DNA of 36,978 nt from assembly GCF_001194135.2 (NCBI RefSeq), contig NC_068988.1, forward strand, positions 33,214,849-33,251,826, given 5' to 3'. The translations under genes were made by a program, and so were the position numbers. Under the pieces are notes generated by a model. The model saw only the letters and a program-made list of their open reading frames with translations. It did not search any database and was not told where the DNA came from. This document shows positions 12,101-24,667 of the stretch, in pieces (position 1 is the first letter of the stretch; every line of letters starts with the position of its first letter). This DNA is from Octopus bimaculoides. Taxonomy: Eukaryota.

Positions 12101-13610
12101 ATATACATGAAACATTTTTTTTAATTATTATATAGCGATTGATAAAGGCAGTGTGCTGACAGAATCACTAGGACATAAAGCCGAATGCTTAGCAGCATTT
12201 CAATCGTCTTAATATTTTTTGTTCAAATTCCCATGGGTTCGATTTTGAATTTTTCCTTTCGGAGTCCATGAAACAAATGCTGTTCTCCCGGAATTGCTGG
12301 TGTTGTGCCAAAATTTGAAATCATTATTATGGCCATACAAGTAACACTTTCCGCTGTTCGAAATAGAAGTACTATTTTCTTCGAATGCCGTATTTGAAGA
12401 GGCAACCAAAACTTGATTTAATATTTTTTTTAAATTACTGTTTCTAGGAAAATGGGTTCTTTTTAACATAACATTCATTAATACTGTATACTATTGGTTA
12501 GAGATAAAAGAAGAATGAACAAGAACGATATGAATGGGTTCAATAATAGCACTTCTATGAAAACATGTGTGACCGATCTTGACTATTTGTAAGGAGAAAT
12601 AACCACAAAATGCATTATTGCTTTAAGATGGAGGAAACAAATTGAAATCTTCAAGTTCCAAAATACCTATAAACATTTTTTCAAAGAACATGGGTTTTTT
12701 CAATCGTCACACCAAATGAATTAACTGTCATTAATATATTTTCTATGAATATTTTTTAGAATCTACCAACGCAGTACATAACTTGTCTCAAGTGATTGCC
12801 GTTTTTGTGGCTTAGTCAAAAGAGACAGGTAAGCACTGTGACACTTTTCCCAAATCCTCCGAGACTAAAAAGAAGTAATGCGGTAGTTATAGCAATCAAT
12901 CGTTGCAGAATATTAATAAAATATAAGATTAACACATATTCGGCATATTCATATCTATATTAAGGAAAATCCTGCCACATGTATAGTCTTCAGCAAATAT
13001 GAGTTTATACAAATAGCACATTTCACATGAAGTCTATGGAATAATACTTTTTTTACTATTGGATTCCGATTTATCTAAGAATACTATATCGAATCATACA
13101 TTTTGTTGAGTCAAGCATTAATTGAAATCATACACCAATCCAAAGAGCTAACCTGAACCGATTTAAAAAATAAACACATAAAAATATGAACAAAACGAGA
13201 AATTGCTTAATGCAGCAATCGATATTTATTTTGCCATATATTCAATAATATACGTGGAAAAACACTGAGTTAACGTGAATATGAGATTTTCCAGTATTAG
13301 TATGTGCACAGTGTCCCACGCGTAAGCATTAATGAATATTTACACATGCGTACACATTTATACTGACAATCACAAACGCACATATGACATATACATATAA
13401 ACATTATACATATATATAAGCCCACGTATGTATACAATTATATACCTGTGTGTATGTATTTTAGTTAGTTTTATTTCATTTTACTACTTCCAAGATTCCA
13501 GTGATACTAGACGTTCAAACACATTGCCATATCGGTTAAAAGTACAGTGTGCTTTCAATTTTCCTATCACTTCCCTCATTTCAATACTGATATTCTTGAA
13601 GCCAATCCCG

Positions 13611-13611
<1 letters not shown>

Positions 13612-13645
<34 letters not shown>

Positions 13646-13740
13646 CTATAGATAGATAAACAGATAGATAGATTGGTAGATAGATAGACAGATATATAGA
13701 TAGAGAGAGAGGGAGATAGACAATGAGAGGTAGAGAGAAA
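13612..13740. repeat. (TA)n, (GATA)n and (GA)n compound microsatellite
   Basis: Directly visible. Confidence 0.9.
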
Positions 13741-14659
13741 ACAAGGATAGTTAGAGTGAAATGGAAAGAGAGAAATAGTTATTAAGTTTTTCTTTTATTT
13801 ATCGAATCTCATTCATGAAAAAGTGACATACTTAATCACTATTTATAATACAGTTTATGCAAAATTAACTCTGTTATGCAAACATACAAACATTTTCTGC
13901 ACACATTCACAAAGAAAATACTCTAGACNNNNNNNNNNATATATATGAACATACATGCATGCATACATACGTATAGATCAACTATATCCATGTGGCTATC
14001 GCATGTTGCGCGCACAGCTTTTATCAAGTTGGTATATTTCCAGGAATACGGATTATTTCTGGAAATATATTTATTAACCAGTCAATTGAAAGGCTATCTT
14101 CTACGGGGATACCAGAGAAAAAATCATCCCTCCATATCTTTTGTTCACTTTAGAGTCAGCCAACGTACCTAGATTTCAGTATTCTTTCATATTTATAAGG
14201 CGCAGTTGTAGAAATAAGCTGAAAAAAGAAAATGGCTTTAATTGAACCTGACATAAACTTTTATTTTCTTTCAACCAATGTATTTCTCAATTATTCACTT
14301 TTTCGTAAATTTCTGGAAAATGTTTTATTGTTAAAGAACTTTTCTACAAATACATTTCAGATGGTCTACATTACAATTATATTGTAAATAGCCATGAAAA
14401 TGATTTCTAAGAGTGAGGAAGGGAAGATATTTAAATAATTCACGCACCTCAAATTATTTTCTTCAGAAATTTCCTCTTTTGTTCATAAATTACAATTTTG
14501 TAGGGGAAAGTTACCTTTGACGACTATTCCACTCGATCCATTCTGTGAACTATTAAATGAGTAATTTTCAATAAAATGGAGATAGCAACATAATTTGTTA
14601 AAGAATTAAATCAGATGTGAATTCTGGGTTTTTTTATGGCTCTCCGAATATACAACGTC

Positions 14660-14925
14660 AGCTCAATAACCTTGAGCCGGTCAAACCCTTTTGAGTGGAT
14701 TTTTTATGTGTGTCTCTTTGTGTCTGTGTTTGTCCCCCATCACCGCTTGACAACTGGTGTTGATGTTTCACACCCCGAAACTCAGTGGTTTGGCAAAAGA
14801 AAACGATAGGATAAGTACTCGGCTTTTAATAAATCCTGGGGTCGATTTGTTCAACTAAAACCCTTCCAGACGGAGGTCCAGCATGACCACAGTGAAATGG
14901 TTGAAACAAGTAAAAGAATAAATTA
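14660..14925 (+). mobile_element. SINE family A copy
   Basis: Homologous to 11537-11755. Its 5' part (accttgagccggtcaaacccttttgagtggattt) resembles 33280-33320. Confidence 0.8.
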
Positions 14926-15149
14926 GGAAGCAAAAGTGTATTATTTAGCGTCTACCAGAAAACCGCCCAGGGCGTAGATTTCTGCTAGTTTAAAAAGATA
15001 TTGATCTCGTATAAGAAAGAATCTAAAGGTTAGATATTTACTAGAGACTTGCAAGCAGCAGATTTCAAATGGTACCCTCTTTGTGAAAGTTTTACTGCAC
15101 GCCGACTCACTTCCCGGATGTGAGGCTGTCACCTTCTGTTACGATTGTC

Positions 15150-15700
15150 TAGTATTTCAGCTGAAGTCCTTTTCGGGGTGAACACCTCTCGAGACATGTT
15201 TTATGATTCCATATCGATAGCCTGAGTCTCTCAACTGATGTTGGATATAGATTATTGTTTACGCCAATTGATAGCAGCAGCCGTCTTATTCTGGTTCCAT
15301 TAAAATCCCTGCATCTAACTTTTACATGAAACGTAACTACACTCCAGTTAGCAGTTATTGAGTCTCTTGTTTGCATTTCAATACGCTCGTCTGATCTCTA
15401 TCGATATTTTCTTCCTATGGAACACTTAATTTAACAAAGTGTATTATCGTTTCTCATACCATACTGTCATATCTGGCTTCTTCTTTGTAAGTAAGAATAA
15501 AAAGTGGCGTCCACATTCTACAATATCAGCTTCTACCTCCCAAACTCTGTCTCAGTTTCAGTCTATTCACAGCTTTACCCTATTTTGGAAAATCATTTTG
15601 ATTTGGAAGAACTAATGTCTCCAATTGATCATTATTTCTGCATCTTAGAAGCAGTGTAGGTCGTTACCTACACTGCTTCGACATCTTCATACATTAATGC
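15150..15700 (-). mobile_element. Possible heavily decayed RLE-type (R4/Dong-like) non-LTR 3' fragment
   Basis: Minus-strand remnants: a CRSSVGNDLHC..INWRH zinc-knuckle-like stretch and KKKPDMTVWYEK, which resembles the RPD/KPD RLE motif. Many stops. Confidence 0.35.
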
Positions 15701-16872
15701 CTTGATATATGTGAAATATACAACTTAGAAAACAATTTAGATGTTTGACAATTATCTGAAAAAAATATAAATAAATGTTTCAATATGTTATTTCTCTGAG
15801 TGTAGTAGAATTTCAACCGAATGATCAAATTATTTTCAATGTACGACAAAACTATCACTCAAAAACAGATGAAATGGACCACGTTTTCCAGACAAAATTG
15901 TAATTAACAAATATTCGTTGTCACAAGTGTTGCGTCAGATATCTGTTGAAATATGATTACTCATGCTTAATTTTAGAAGGAGATAATACAAAAAACTTAT
16001 CTTCTGCTAACAAAAATAATGAATGTAATTTATGATGTGATGTTTGGCATAGAACATAGGCCTAAACAGACATCAAATAAGGAAAGAATCTTCTATGTAG
16101 TCATTCTTTCAATTAGAAGTGGCTGCTAAATCTCGAGTCAACGAGGAACTATTCTAGAAATAGAAATTATGTCTAAATCAAATTCCATTACTGATGTTTG
16201 TTACTGCAGCAAACACATTTGATCATTGGACGGCTATTTCAGGGCTGACATTGGGCCTAACATGAGGCAAATATATTAAATTTCACATACTAACATTTTA
16301 TATATAGACATTTTTGGACAATGAAGTTTGACACATCAATAACACTGAAAACAGCCCTCAAAGAAACAAACTTGCTATTAATTGTACTTCTAGGATATTA
16401 TTCAGAGCATGGAACTCACTTGTATTTACTAGCCAACCATAACTGAAAAGGTAATTCTCTAACTTTTCGCGCAAATAAAATTTGGGCGCATATTTAAATT
16501 ATTGTCCCGATATAATCAACTGGGAATAGTTAAATATTTTTGCAATAATAGAATGGTCAATACAGAGGGAGGTGGAACAGTTGATACTGCCAGTAATTAT
16601 AAATAAATAAGACCTGATATCGTCTGAGTCATAACCAGGGCGCGGATCTTCATGCTACAACTTCATTTTATAAGATCTACTTAACTATACACCTCACATA
16701 ACAATGGTGAACATCAAGTCAACTTATATTCAAAGGCTATTACAATAGCATCATTGTTAAAAAAATAATGGTTACATGCAACCGGCAATGTTTCAGCAAG
16801 TGTATCATTTTACATGCACAAAGCGGGACGATTACCATGTTTAAATCATATTGGAAAATTAATCGCAGGAAC

Positions 16873-16926
<54 letters not shown>

Positions 16927-17000
16927 AGAGCAGCAGCAGCAGCAGCAGTAGTGATGGTGTTAGTGGTACTACTACTTCTACTACTGGTAATAATGATAAT
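16873..17000. repeat. (TAG)n(CAG)n compound trinucleotide repeat
   Basis: Directly visible; it is the source of the poly-V and poly-T ORFs. Confidence 0.95.
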
Positions 17001-17005
17001 ATTTG

Positions 17006-17213
17006 CTACTCTTGGCACAAGTTCCAAAATTTTGGGGCTGGGTGAAAGTCGATTAGATCGGCCACAGTACGCAACTGGTACTTAAAATATGGACCCCGAA
17101 AGGATGAAAGCCAAAATCGATCTCGATGGTATTTGAACTCAGAAAGTAATGGCAGACGAAACACCACTAAGCATTTCGCTCGACGTCCTAACGTGTCTGG
17201 CAGCTCACAGCCT
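17006..17213 (-). mobile_element. tRNA-derived SINE family B, near full length
   Basis: The minus strand reads aggctgtgagctgccagacacgttagg (A-box-like) and then gagttcaaatacc (B-box, 17128-17140). It is homologous to 29583-29735 and flanked by simple repeats. Confidence 0.85.
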
Positions 17214-17217
17214 TTAC

Positions 17218-17284
<67 letters not shown>
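17218..17284. repeat. (AAT)n microsatellite
   Basis: Directly visible. Confidence 0.95.
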
Positions 17285-17748
17285 TAGACGTACACGAAGG
17301 AAATCTCTCCAAAAAGCAAACTTAATCTAATAACATCAGTGCAATTCAAGCGATGTTAGCTATAAAATAACCCCACATTATGACCGGATATCATCAGGGT
17401 GGATGTTTACATTCTGGTAGTGAGCAACGAAATAAGTAAGATGAGGACCGTAGTTTCAAATATTCAAATAACGTAAACAATAATTTATTAGGAAGTCGAG
17501 ATCGTCTGGAGAGATATTATCCAATGAAATATTGCTAAAATATTATAATGAATTTGAAAAATAGTCTTATAAGTGTTAAGTGACGTAAAGTAGTCGTTTA
17601 ATTAGAATATGGGCTGTTATAGATTGATAAGGGTATTGAAGACAGATTTGAAATGAAATAGATTTTTGAAGAAGAAAATATAAAAATAAATGCTTTGGGA
17701 TGTAAAAGAGAAAAATTGTTCGATATTATATATTAAAATAGTAATTTT

Positions 17749-18122
17749 GAATGTATTTCGGAAAAAAATTATAACTATTAATTATTTAGCATTTCAATGC
17801 ACTAAAATATAAATTCCATTATTCAGAGAAAAATTATAATTTACATAGTTCGAAGTGGAATTTAAATATTTATGCGAAAAACGTAAGTAAGGATATACAG
17901 AGAAATACATTTTTAGAGGTGGGAAAAATAATGAAATGTAACAGAATTGGAGAAAAGTGGAGGAAGAAACACACAATATTTTATGTGGGGTTTTAAGATA
18001 CAAAAAAGATTAAGAAATAAAAGAGAAAAGTTCTAGAATGTATTTCGGAGAAAAGTTATAATAACTATTATTATTTAGCATTTCAATGAACTGAGTTATA
18101 CTTTCCATTGTTCAGAGAAAAA
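17749..18122. repeat. ~85-bp diverged direct repeat (17749-17833 / 18036-18122)
   Basis: gaatgtatttcgga.aaaa.ttata, ttatttagcatttcaatg.act and ttccatt.ttcagagaaaaa are shared. Confidence 0.8.
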
Positions 18123-18539
18123 GTGTTAGGTATATAAAAATTATAGTGAATTTACTTGTGAGAAGAATTTACATGTTTATGCGGAAAAAATTTTAAAAGT
18201 GTGAGGTAATTTTTTATAAACCGTTACATTTTTGTAAAGTATAAGCGTAATAACAAGTAATTTCCTTTTGTTCATGTGGTTAATTTTTTTCCAACGTTTT
18301 ATTATAATGAAATATTTGTCATTTATTTTACTAGACAACTATATTTATAACATTTGTGGATAATATGTATATATATANNNNNNNNNNNNNNNNNNNNNNN
18401 NNNNNNNNNNNNNNNNNNNNNNNNNNNNNNNNNNNNNNNNNNNNNNNNNNNNNNNNNNNNNNNNNNNNNNNNNNNNNNNTATATATACATACACGAGTAC
18501 GTATGATTGTATGATATATCTTTTAATGCAATACTTTGA

Positions 18540-19490
18540 GCAATGATTGAGCAATGGCGTGGGTTGTGTCACAAGAATATCTTCAACCTTGCCGACGCAC
18601 ATCTACCAATAATTGCTCAAAGTAATGAATTAACAGATATAATCACAGATCTAACCATGGTTCGAAAAAAAAAGTAACAAATGCAAAGTTTGACCTTGGC
18701 GACAAAGACTAATCATTCATTCTATGAAAATGAAATGATAGCCGATGTCGCACATGCCAACTAATACATACTGGCCAATATATGAAGACGAACATCGGAA
18801 AAATATTCACAAACGCAAATATGAACTGCAAAAGCCGAAATTTAATTTACTGCATCAAATGCCCAAATTCTGAAATACTGTACGTAGGTCAGACTGGAAA
18901 TGCACTATCAGAGCATTAACGTATGTACCGACAGCAAATTAGTGATCCAGATATCCGTCAGATAACTTTGAGTAACCATCTAGCAACATGCGGTCGGAAA
19001 ATATCTATATTTCTATTCTTCAGTCCAAGTGAAATTGAAAGAAAAATCAGAGAAAATAAGTTTATTAATAAATTCTAACCCAACTTTAATAAACAGTAAT
19101 ACTAATACTTAGAGGTACTATCTCTATTGCTCAGACCACTAAAAATAACAACAACAATACTAAAGGTGATCATTATGATGATAGTAGAAAAATACTAGCT
19201 AAGTCAACTGTAATACTAGCTAAGTAACAATTACCTTATTTTGGGATTTAAAGTTCTATTACCACAGCTACTCCTGTCACCACCACCACCACCACCACCA
19301 CAACCACCACCAACAACAACGACAACAATAATTAACGAGATGATAATGATGATGATGATAAGTGAAATGTAAAAATTCCAGGGAAATGTTTCAAAACATT
19401 TCTAAAAATAGCCCTATAATTATTGCTTTGGCCAAGAGTCAGAACACAGGTCTCTTGGTATGTTCAACAAACCGTGACGCCTAAACCAAA
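18540..19490 (+). mobile_element. PLE fragment: linker, GIY-YIG endonuclease and 3' region
   Basis: 18737-19099 translates in one frame with internal stops: RCRTCQLIH..NMNCKSRNLIYCIKCPNSEILYVGQTGNALSEH*RMYRQQI..ERKIRENKFI. This has the CxxC motif and the LIY/YVG GIY-YIG motif. Simple repeats interrupt the 3' region (~19140-19340). Confidence 0.88.
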
Positions 19491-19494
19491 CACC

Positions 19495-19540
19495 AATCAA
19501 CTTAAGTAATTTAGTAAAATCAACTTAAGTAATTTAGTAA
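19495..19540. repeat. Exact 23-bp tandem duplication
   Basis: aatcaacttaagtaatttagtaa x2. Confidence 0.9.
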
Positions 19541-19821
19541 AATTACACAACGATTGCAAAAATTAACACTCTGGAGGATATACAAATGTATTTAAGGTCG
19601 TCAAATATATCTTAGCAATCTCACCGCAGCTGTATATTGTAAAACATAACTGCCAACACTACTACATGAATCTGAAGATTGCATAGTTTAATTCATGAAA
19701 GTACTAGTTCAATCAGCATGGACATTCAATATTCTATCATTTCAATATATTATATTATGATATACTATATTATTATCAGATTGTAAATAAAATGTGGAAA
19801 TCAAAGTTGGAATTTCTTTGT

Positions 19822-19837
19822 GACACACGCACACACA

Positions 19838-19922
<85 letters not shown>
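19822..19922. repeat. (CA)(TA)n(GA)n compound microsatellite
   Basis: Directly visible. Confidence 0.95.
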
Positions 19923-20325
19923 GGGGTTATTAAGTAAATTACTGGAAACAAAAGGGTAATTATAATGGTTGTCACTGGAGTTATTTTACAATTAACATCG
20001 CTTGAATGGTGAATGATCTAAAACTAATGGCCAGATTAAAAGATATCTAGGATTCTTTTATGTTTTCCTTCCTATGTTTATTCTATTCTATGAAATCTCA
20101 AATCTTATATGTTTTTTATTCTTCGTAATACAAATAAAATTAACTAAGTTTCCACAATATTTCTTCTTCATTTCCTTATATTATATAAACTTTGCACCTT
20201 TTTGGACAGTTTATCCATATGTATTGCATAACTTTCTCTCAATATATTTGATGACACCAGTTGATATCCGGATTTTTTTCTTTAAATCCCTTTCGAAGAA
20301 ATTACATCCTCAATATTTGAATGTG

Positions 20326-20375
<50 letters not shown>
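20326..20375. repeat. (CA)n microsatellite
   Basis: Directly visible. Confidence 0.95.
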
Positions 20376-20376
<1 letters not shown>

Positions 20377-20661
20377 GCATGCATGTATAATTGATAAAGG
20401 AAACGGAACATGGATAGAGTACGAATCCTTATAAATATCTGTATTTAATTCGTCTTCCGTTTCTTTTATCAACTACAAACTCAACAAACCCAGCGGATAT
20501 CCTGACGTAGATCCAGTGAAAAGTATATTGTTATTGTGGATGCCGAAACAGTGAATATGCTTTAATAGACATACTAATATACATATACTCATAGTCAAAA
20601 TAATCGTATATACATTTATATATCTCTCCCCCTCTCTCTCTCTCTCTCTTTCTCTGGAAAT

Positions 20662-20945
20662 ACTGGAAGGGCTGGCACCAAACTTTGGAATTGCAGATAC
20701 CAGGCCTCGAACTAGATATCACTGCAATATTACAAAAGTCCCAGCTGTCCCACTTGGGATTCAAAGCTCTACAGCTACTTAATGCCTTGCCAATAAATCT
20801 GAGGTGTTCCGATGGAGTGGGGGTGGTTGGTTTCAAGACACAACTTGATCACTTCCTATCTAAGATACCAGATGAACCAATATCAAGGCAGGAATCTCAA
20901 AGAAGGGCAGCAGTTTCGAACTCCCGCCTTCACCAAAACTCGATC
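20662..20945 (+). mobile_element. CR1-like LINE, 3' end of ORF2
   Basis: EGLAPNFGI followed by LQLLNALPINLR..GFKTQLDHFLSKIPDEP..RRAAVSNS, a C-terminal pattern typical of invertebrate CR1-group LINEs. Confidence 0.8.
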
Positions 20946-20974
20946 ACATAGAATTGGCCAATTATTGGTTTATT

Positions 20975-21045
20975 ACACTGGCTGTACCCAGCATGGCTCC
21001 AGCGTTAGGGCTGAGACATAGAAAAGAATAAAAGATTAAAAGAAT
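20975..21045 (+). mobile_element. SINE family A 3' tail remnant
   Basis: cccagcatggctccagc..gctgagacatagaaaagaataaaag matches the tails at ~11705-11755 and ~14878-14925. Confidence 0.55.
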
Positions 21046-21194
21046 GTATGTACATATATATGTATGCGCGCGCACACGCTTGTGTGCATGTAATAACTTT
21101 CTTAGTTTACAATATATGTGTATCTAACTTTTAATCTATTTACCCATTGAATTAAACATAAATATATATTTATACATATTTAATTATATATAAA

Positions 21195-21312
21195 GGGCAT
21201 TAACTGTGTATCAATGCCTCACGCTATCGAGGGACTAAATAAGTAAAAAAACTACCAAAAATAAGCAACATATTTACCGATAGCGTGAGGCATTGATACA
21301 CAGTTAATGCCC
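21195..21312. repeat. Perfect 35-bp inverted repeat with a 48-bp spacer (21195-21229 / 21278-21312)
   Basis: gggcattaactgtgtatcaatgcctcacgctatcg and its exact reverse complement. The right arm runs into the N-gap at 21313-21893. Confidence 0.95.
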
Positions 21313-22135
21313 NNNNNNNNNNNNNNNNNNNNNNNNNNNNNNNNNNNNNNNNNNNNNNNNNNNNNNNNNNNNNNNNNNNNNNNNNNNNNNNNNNNNNNNN
21401 NNNNNNNNNNNNNNNNNNNNNNNNNNNNNNNNNNNNNNNNNNNNNNNNNNNNNNNNNNNNNNNNNNNNNNNNNNNNNNNNNNNNNNNNNNNNNNNNNNNN
21501 NNNNNNNNNNNNNNNNNNNNNNNNNNNNNNNNNNNNNNNNNNNNNNNNNNNNNNNNNNNNNNNNNNNNNNNNNNNNNNNNNNNNNNNNNNNNNNNNNNNN
21601 NNNNNNNNNNNNNNNNNNNNNNNNNNNNNNNNNNNNNNNNNNNNNNNNNNNNNNNNNNNNNNNNNNNNNNNNNNNNNNNNNNNNNNNNNNNNNNNNNNNN
21701 NNNNNNNNNNNNNNNNNNNNNNNNNNNNNNNNNNNNNNNNNNNNNNNNNNNNNNNNNNNNNNNNNNNNNNNNNNNNNNNNNNNNNNNNNNNNNNNNNNNN
21801 NNNNNNNNNNNNNNNNNNNNNNNNNNNNNNNNNNNNNNNNNNNNNNNNNNNNNNNNNNNNNNNNNNNNNNNNNNNNNNNNNNNNNNNNNNNNNATATATG
21901 AATATATATATATATGCGTATATATATATGTATATATATATTATTTAACGAGTATCTATATTATGTCAGACTTGTTTTATCAACCATTCAATACATACAA
22001 AACTTCTCGTGTCAAACTTAAAAGAATGATATTGCAGCGTTTGTTTCACCATTAGTTTATTTTATTCATATTGGCTGGTGTAAATATATCTTGTCCCTTA
22101 CACTTCAGTTACTTAAATATCTAGATATTACTTAC

Positions 22136-22227
22136 ATACTGGAATCCAATTTCCTGTCAGCCCCGTTTTGCTTTCAGCAACCCACTTAAGAAATTGCTTC
22201 TTGCTTAGCTGTCTTTCAAATATTGAA
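22136..22227 (-). CDS. Candidate internal coding exon (92 nt) of an unidentified gene: SIFERQLSKKQFLKWVAESKTGLTGNWIPV
   Basis: Pyrimidine-rich acceptor (cattttcactatatattcttctag|) and consensus donor (|gtaagt). Only one frame is open (phase 2 to phase 1), and the sequence is unique and less AT-rich than its flanks. I do not recognise the protein. Confidence 0.5.
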
Positions 22228-22551
22228 CTAGAAGAATATATAGTGAAAATGAAAGGATGGTTAGTATGATAACCAGATATATAAATAGACTGAAAGATGT
22301 GGATACACACAGATAGGTATATTCGATAGATATCCAGATGTATACAGAAAACGAAAGCGATGAACAGACACGAAAAGATGTAAATAGAGAAAGATTTACA
22401 TATGCCGATAGCTGTTTCTCTCGCTAGCTAAAATATTCATATAAACTAACACGACATTTGTTCCCCGGCTCCTTCTCACTGTTTAATGGCGTATGCAAAT
22501 ACGCACGCGCACACGAAAACTGATATTTGTATATAAAAATATACACACACG

Positions 22552-22590
<39 letters not shown>

Positions 22591-22674
22591 ATATATATAT
22601 ATATATATATATANNNNNNNNNNNNNNNNNNNNNNNNNNNNNNNNNNNNNNNNNNNNNNNNNNNNNNNNNNNNN

Positions 22675-22726
<52 letters not shown>
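22552..22726. repeat. (ATCT)n, (TA)n, N-gap (22614-22674), then (GA)n
   Basis: Directly visible. Confidence 0.95.
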
Positions 22727-22729
<3 letters not shown>

Positions 22730-22989
22730 TACATGTACATATATGTATATGCATAGCTTTGAAAATACACACGCACACACACACACACATACACACATCT
22801 ATATGTACCTATGTATAATCATATATTCATGCATGAATATGTACGTACAGATGTCTAAATTCAAGTGCAATTCTCATTAGACGTAACTTTGCATATCACC
22901 AACTATATACATATTTAATATTGCTACGAATATTTTGATAGCAATATCGACTATAGGCGGTATGTAAGTAACTGATGTTATATACACAA

Positions 22990-23165
22990 TTCAGAGATTT
23001 GGCGACAAGCGTTTGGATTATATCGCCGCCACTATTCAATTGGTGCCTGAATTTATCAACCATTAAAGGGATGAAAATAACGTTTTCCTTACCTGTATTT
23101 GAGCTAAGAACTTCGAAGCGTAAAAAGAAAGCAGTTTTGCGAGGGCTGTAAATATCCTCGCCAAG
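22990..23165 (-). mobile_element. SINE family B, old diverged copy
   Basis: tttggcgac..ggattatatcgcc..attggtgcctgaatttatcaacc..aaagggatgaaa..atttgagctaagaac parallels 17030-17145. Confidence 0.45.
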
Positions 23166-23449
23166 GAAGATCGGAATTTGTAGTATACAAATAATGATAT
23201 TTGCAGAGTATGTTATTCACGGCAAGTGTCCACAAAATGCATACGGAAAAATACTCTCATGTATAATTTGTGGACGGAAGAAAAAAGGAAATCAAGACAT
23301 TATTGCCCAAGTGATCAGGGTTGATACATTAAGCTTTTTCTTGTTTTGGAAGTGTCACGATCTTAAAACGAGAAACAAATGTATACTCAAATCCGTCAAC
23401 GTACTCGTGAGTCCCATATTTGTCACATACTTTACAATGGTAATTATAC

Positions 23450-24663
23450 CATACTAAAATACTTGCTAAAATTTCAAGACGAATATGAATTAGTATAATT
23501 AAATTGACAGTCCTTAATGTACCAGTTATCGCAAGTACAAGGTTTAAAGATTTCATATTTTAAATGATCTTAATCTCAAAATTTATGGGAATGTAGTTTT
23601 TCATCTGCTTTCTTCCCAATTCTGCAATGAAATTAATATGATGATTCACGTAGTAAGCAAATTCAAGTGTCCTTATCTATTGCTATAATATCTATCATTT
23701 TATATTTCATCTTATAGTGTCGAAAGGAAAAACACCAGTGTCTTGCATATTTGCGACTCAGGTACGCATTCAAACCGATAACAATACCATGTATTTCCTG
23801 CTCCAACACACCATTTTCAACAAAGATTCCATTGTAAGACATTCACAACTTGATCAAATCTCCATTTCTTATATTCTACCTGGGGCATCTTGGGGTATTC
23901 TGCAACGATGTTTGCTATTGTTTCATACCAAATTCCACTTCCTGTACATTTTGCTGATAACTGTTCAACTTACACATATTTTATGTTGTTTGCTGTTTTA
24001 GATGTTGAACAGCTATAATAAGACTATATGATTCTTAGTTCAATTGTTCATCTTTAAAAAGAGCCCAGGGTTTTGTTTTACATACATCCTCATTGGCTTT
24101 CCAAAGCTGTGCATGGAAAGGTTTCCTTCACTATGTTTAACATGTTCTCTATGAATTTCATTCATATGCCTTTTTCCCATTTTCGAGTCTTGATCACATG
24201 TTCTGCATTCACTACCTTTGGTAACATTTCTGAGCTGTTCTGCAAATTAGGAAGAAATCTGTTTCATCCCATCTGTGCATAAGGTTTCACATCAATTATA
24301 TCCCTCCGAAAATGGTCTGCTTTCATGTAAAGCAGGTTAATACTATCTTTTGTATGATGGGTTCCATACTTATTCAACAGTTTTCTAGTTTTCCTTTCAA
24401 GATTCTGCATTTCGCTTTATGCCCAATCCACAATACTAACTCCATGTTTGATAACATGCCTCGTTTTTGAATTAATCGTTTCAATAAAATGTGTTGAATT
24501 CAACCTTGGCTGTAATATTTCCAGCACTATCTTTGCATACTCTCTACTAGTAATTTGTTTCATCTTTTCATGATTTATTTCAACTACCTTCGATATTCTT
24601 AAATACTTATACTACTATCCCTTCTCAATTGATTTTGTTGTTTGTACTTTTGATATTCCAGTT
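23450..24663 (-). mobile_element. R4/Dong-type RLE non-LTR retrotransposon, 3' portion (RT C-terminus to RLE region), decayed
   Basis: Minus-strand remnants in the expected order: YKYLRI, KTRKLLNKYGTHHTKDSINLLYMK, ESYSLIIAVQ, YETIANIVAEYPKMPQVEYKK and MKSLNLVLAITGTLRTV. Confidence 0.75.
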
Positions 24664-24667
24664 CCCT

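Noticed and set aside
22136-22227. Assigning the candidate exon to a carbohydrate sulfotransferase
   Set aside because: The resemblance is limited to an F..WV/W..VY spacing and the conserved His is absent, so it is not enough to name a family.
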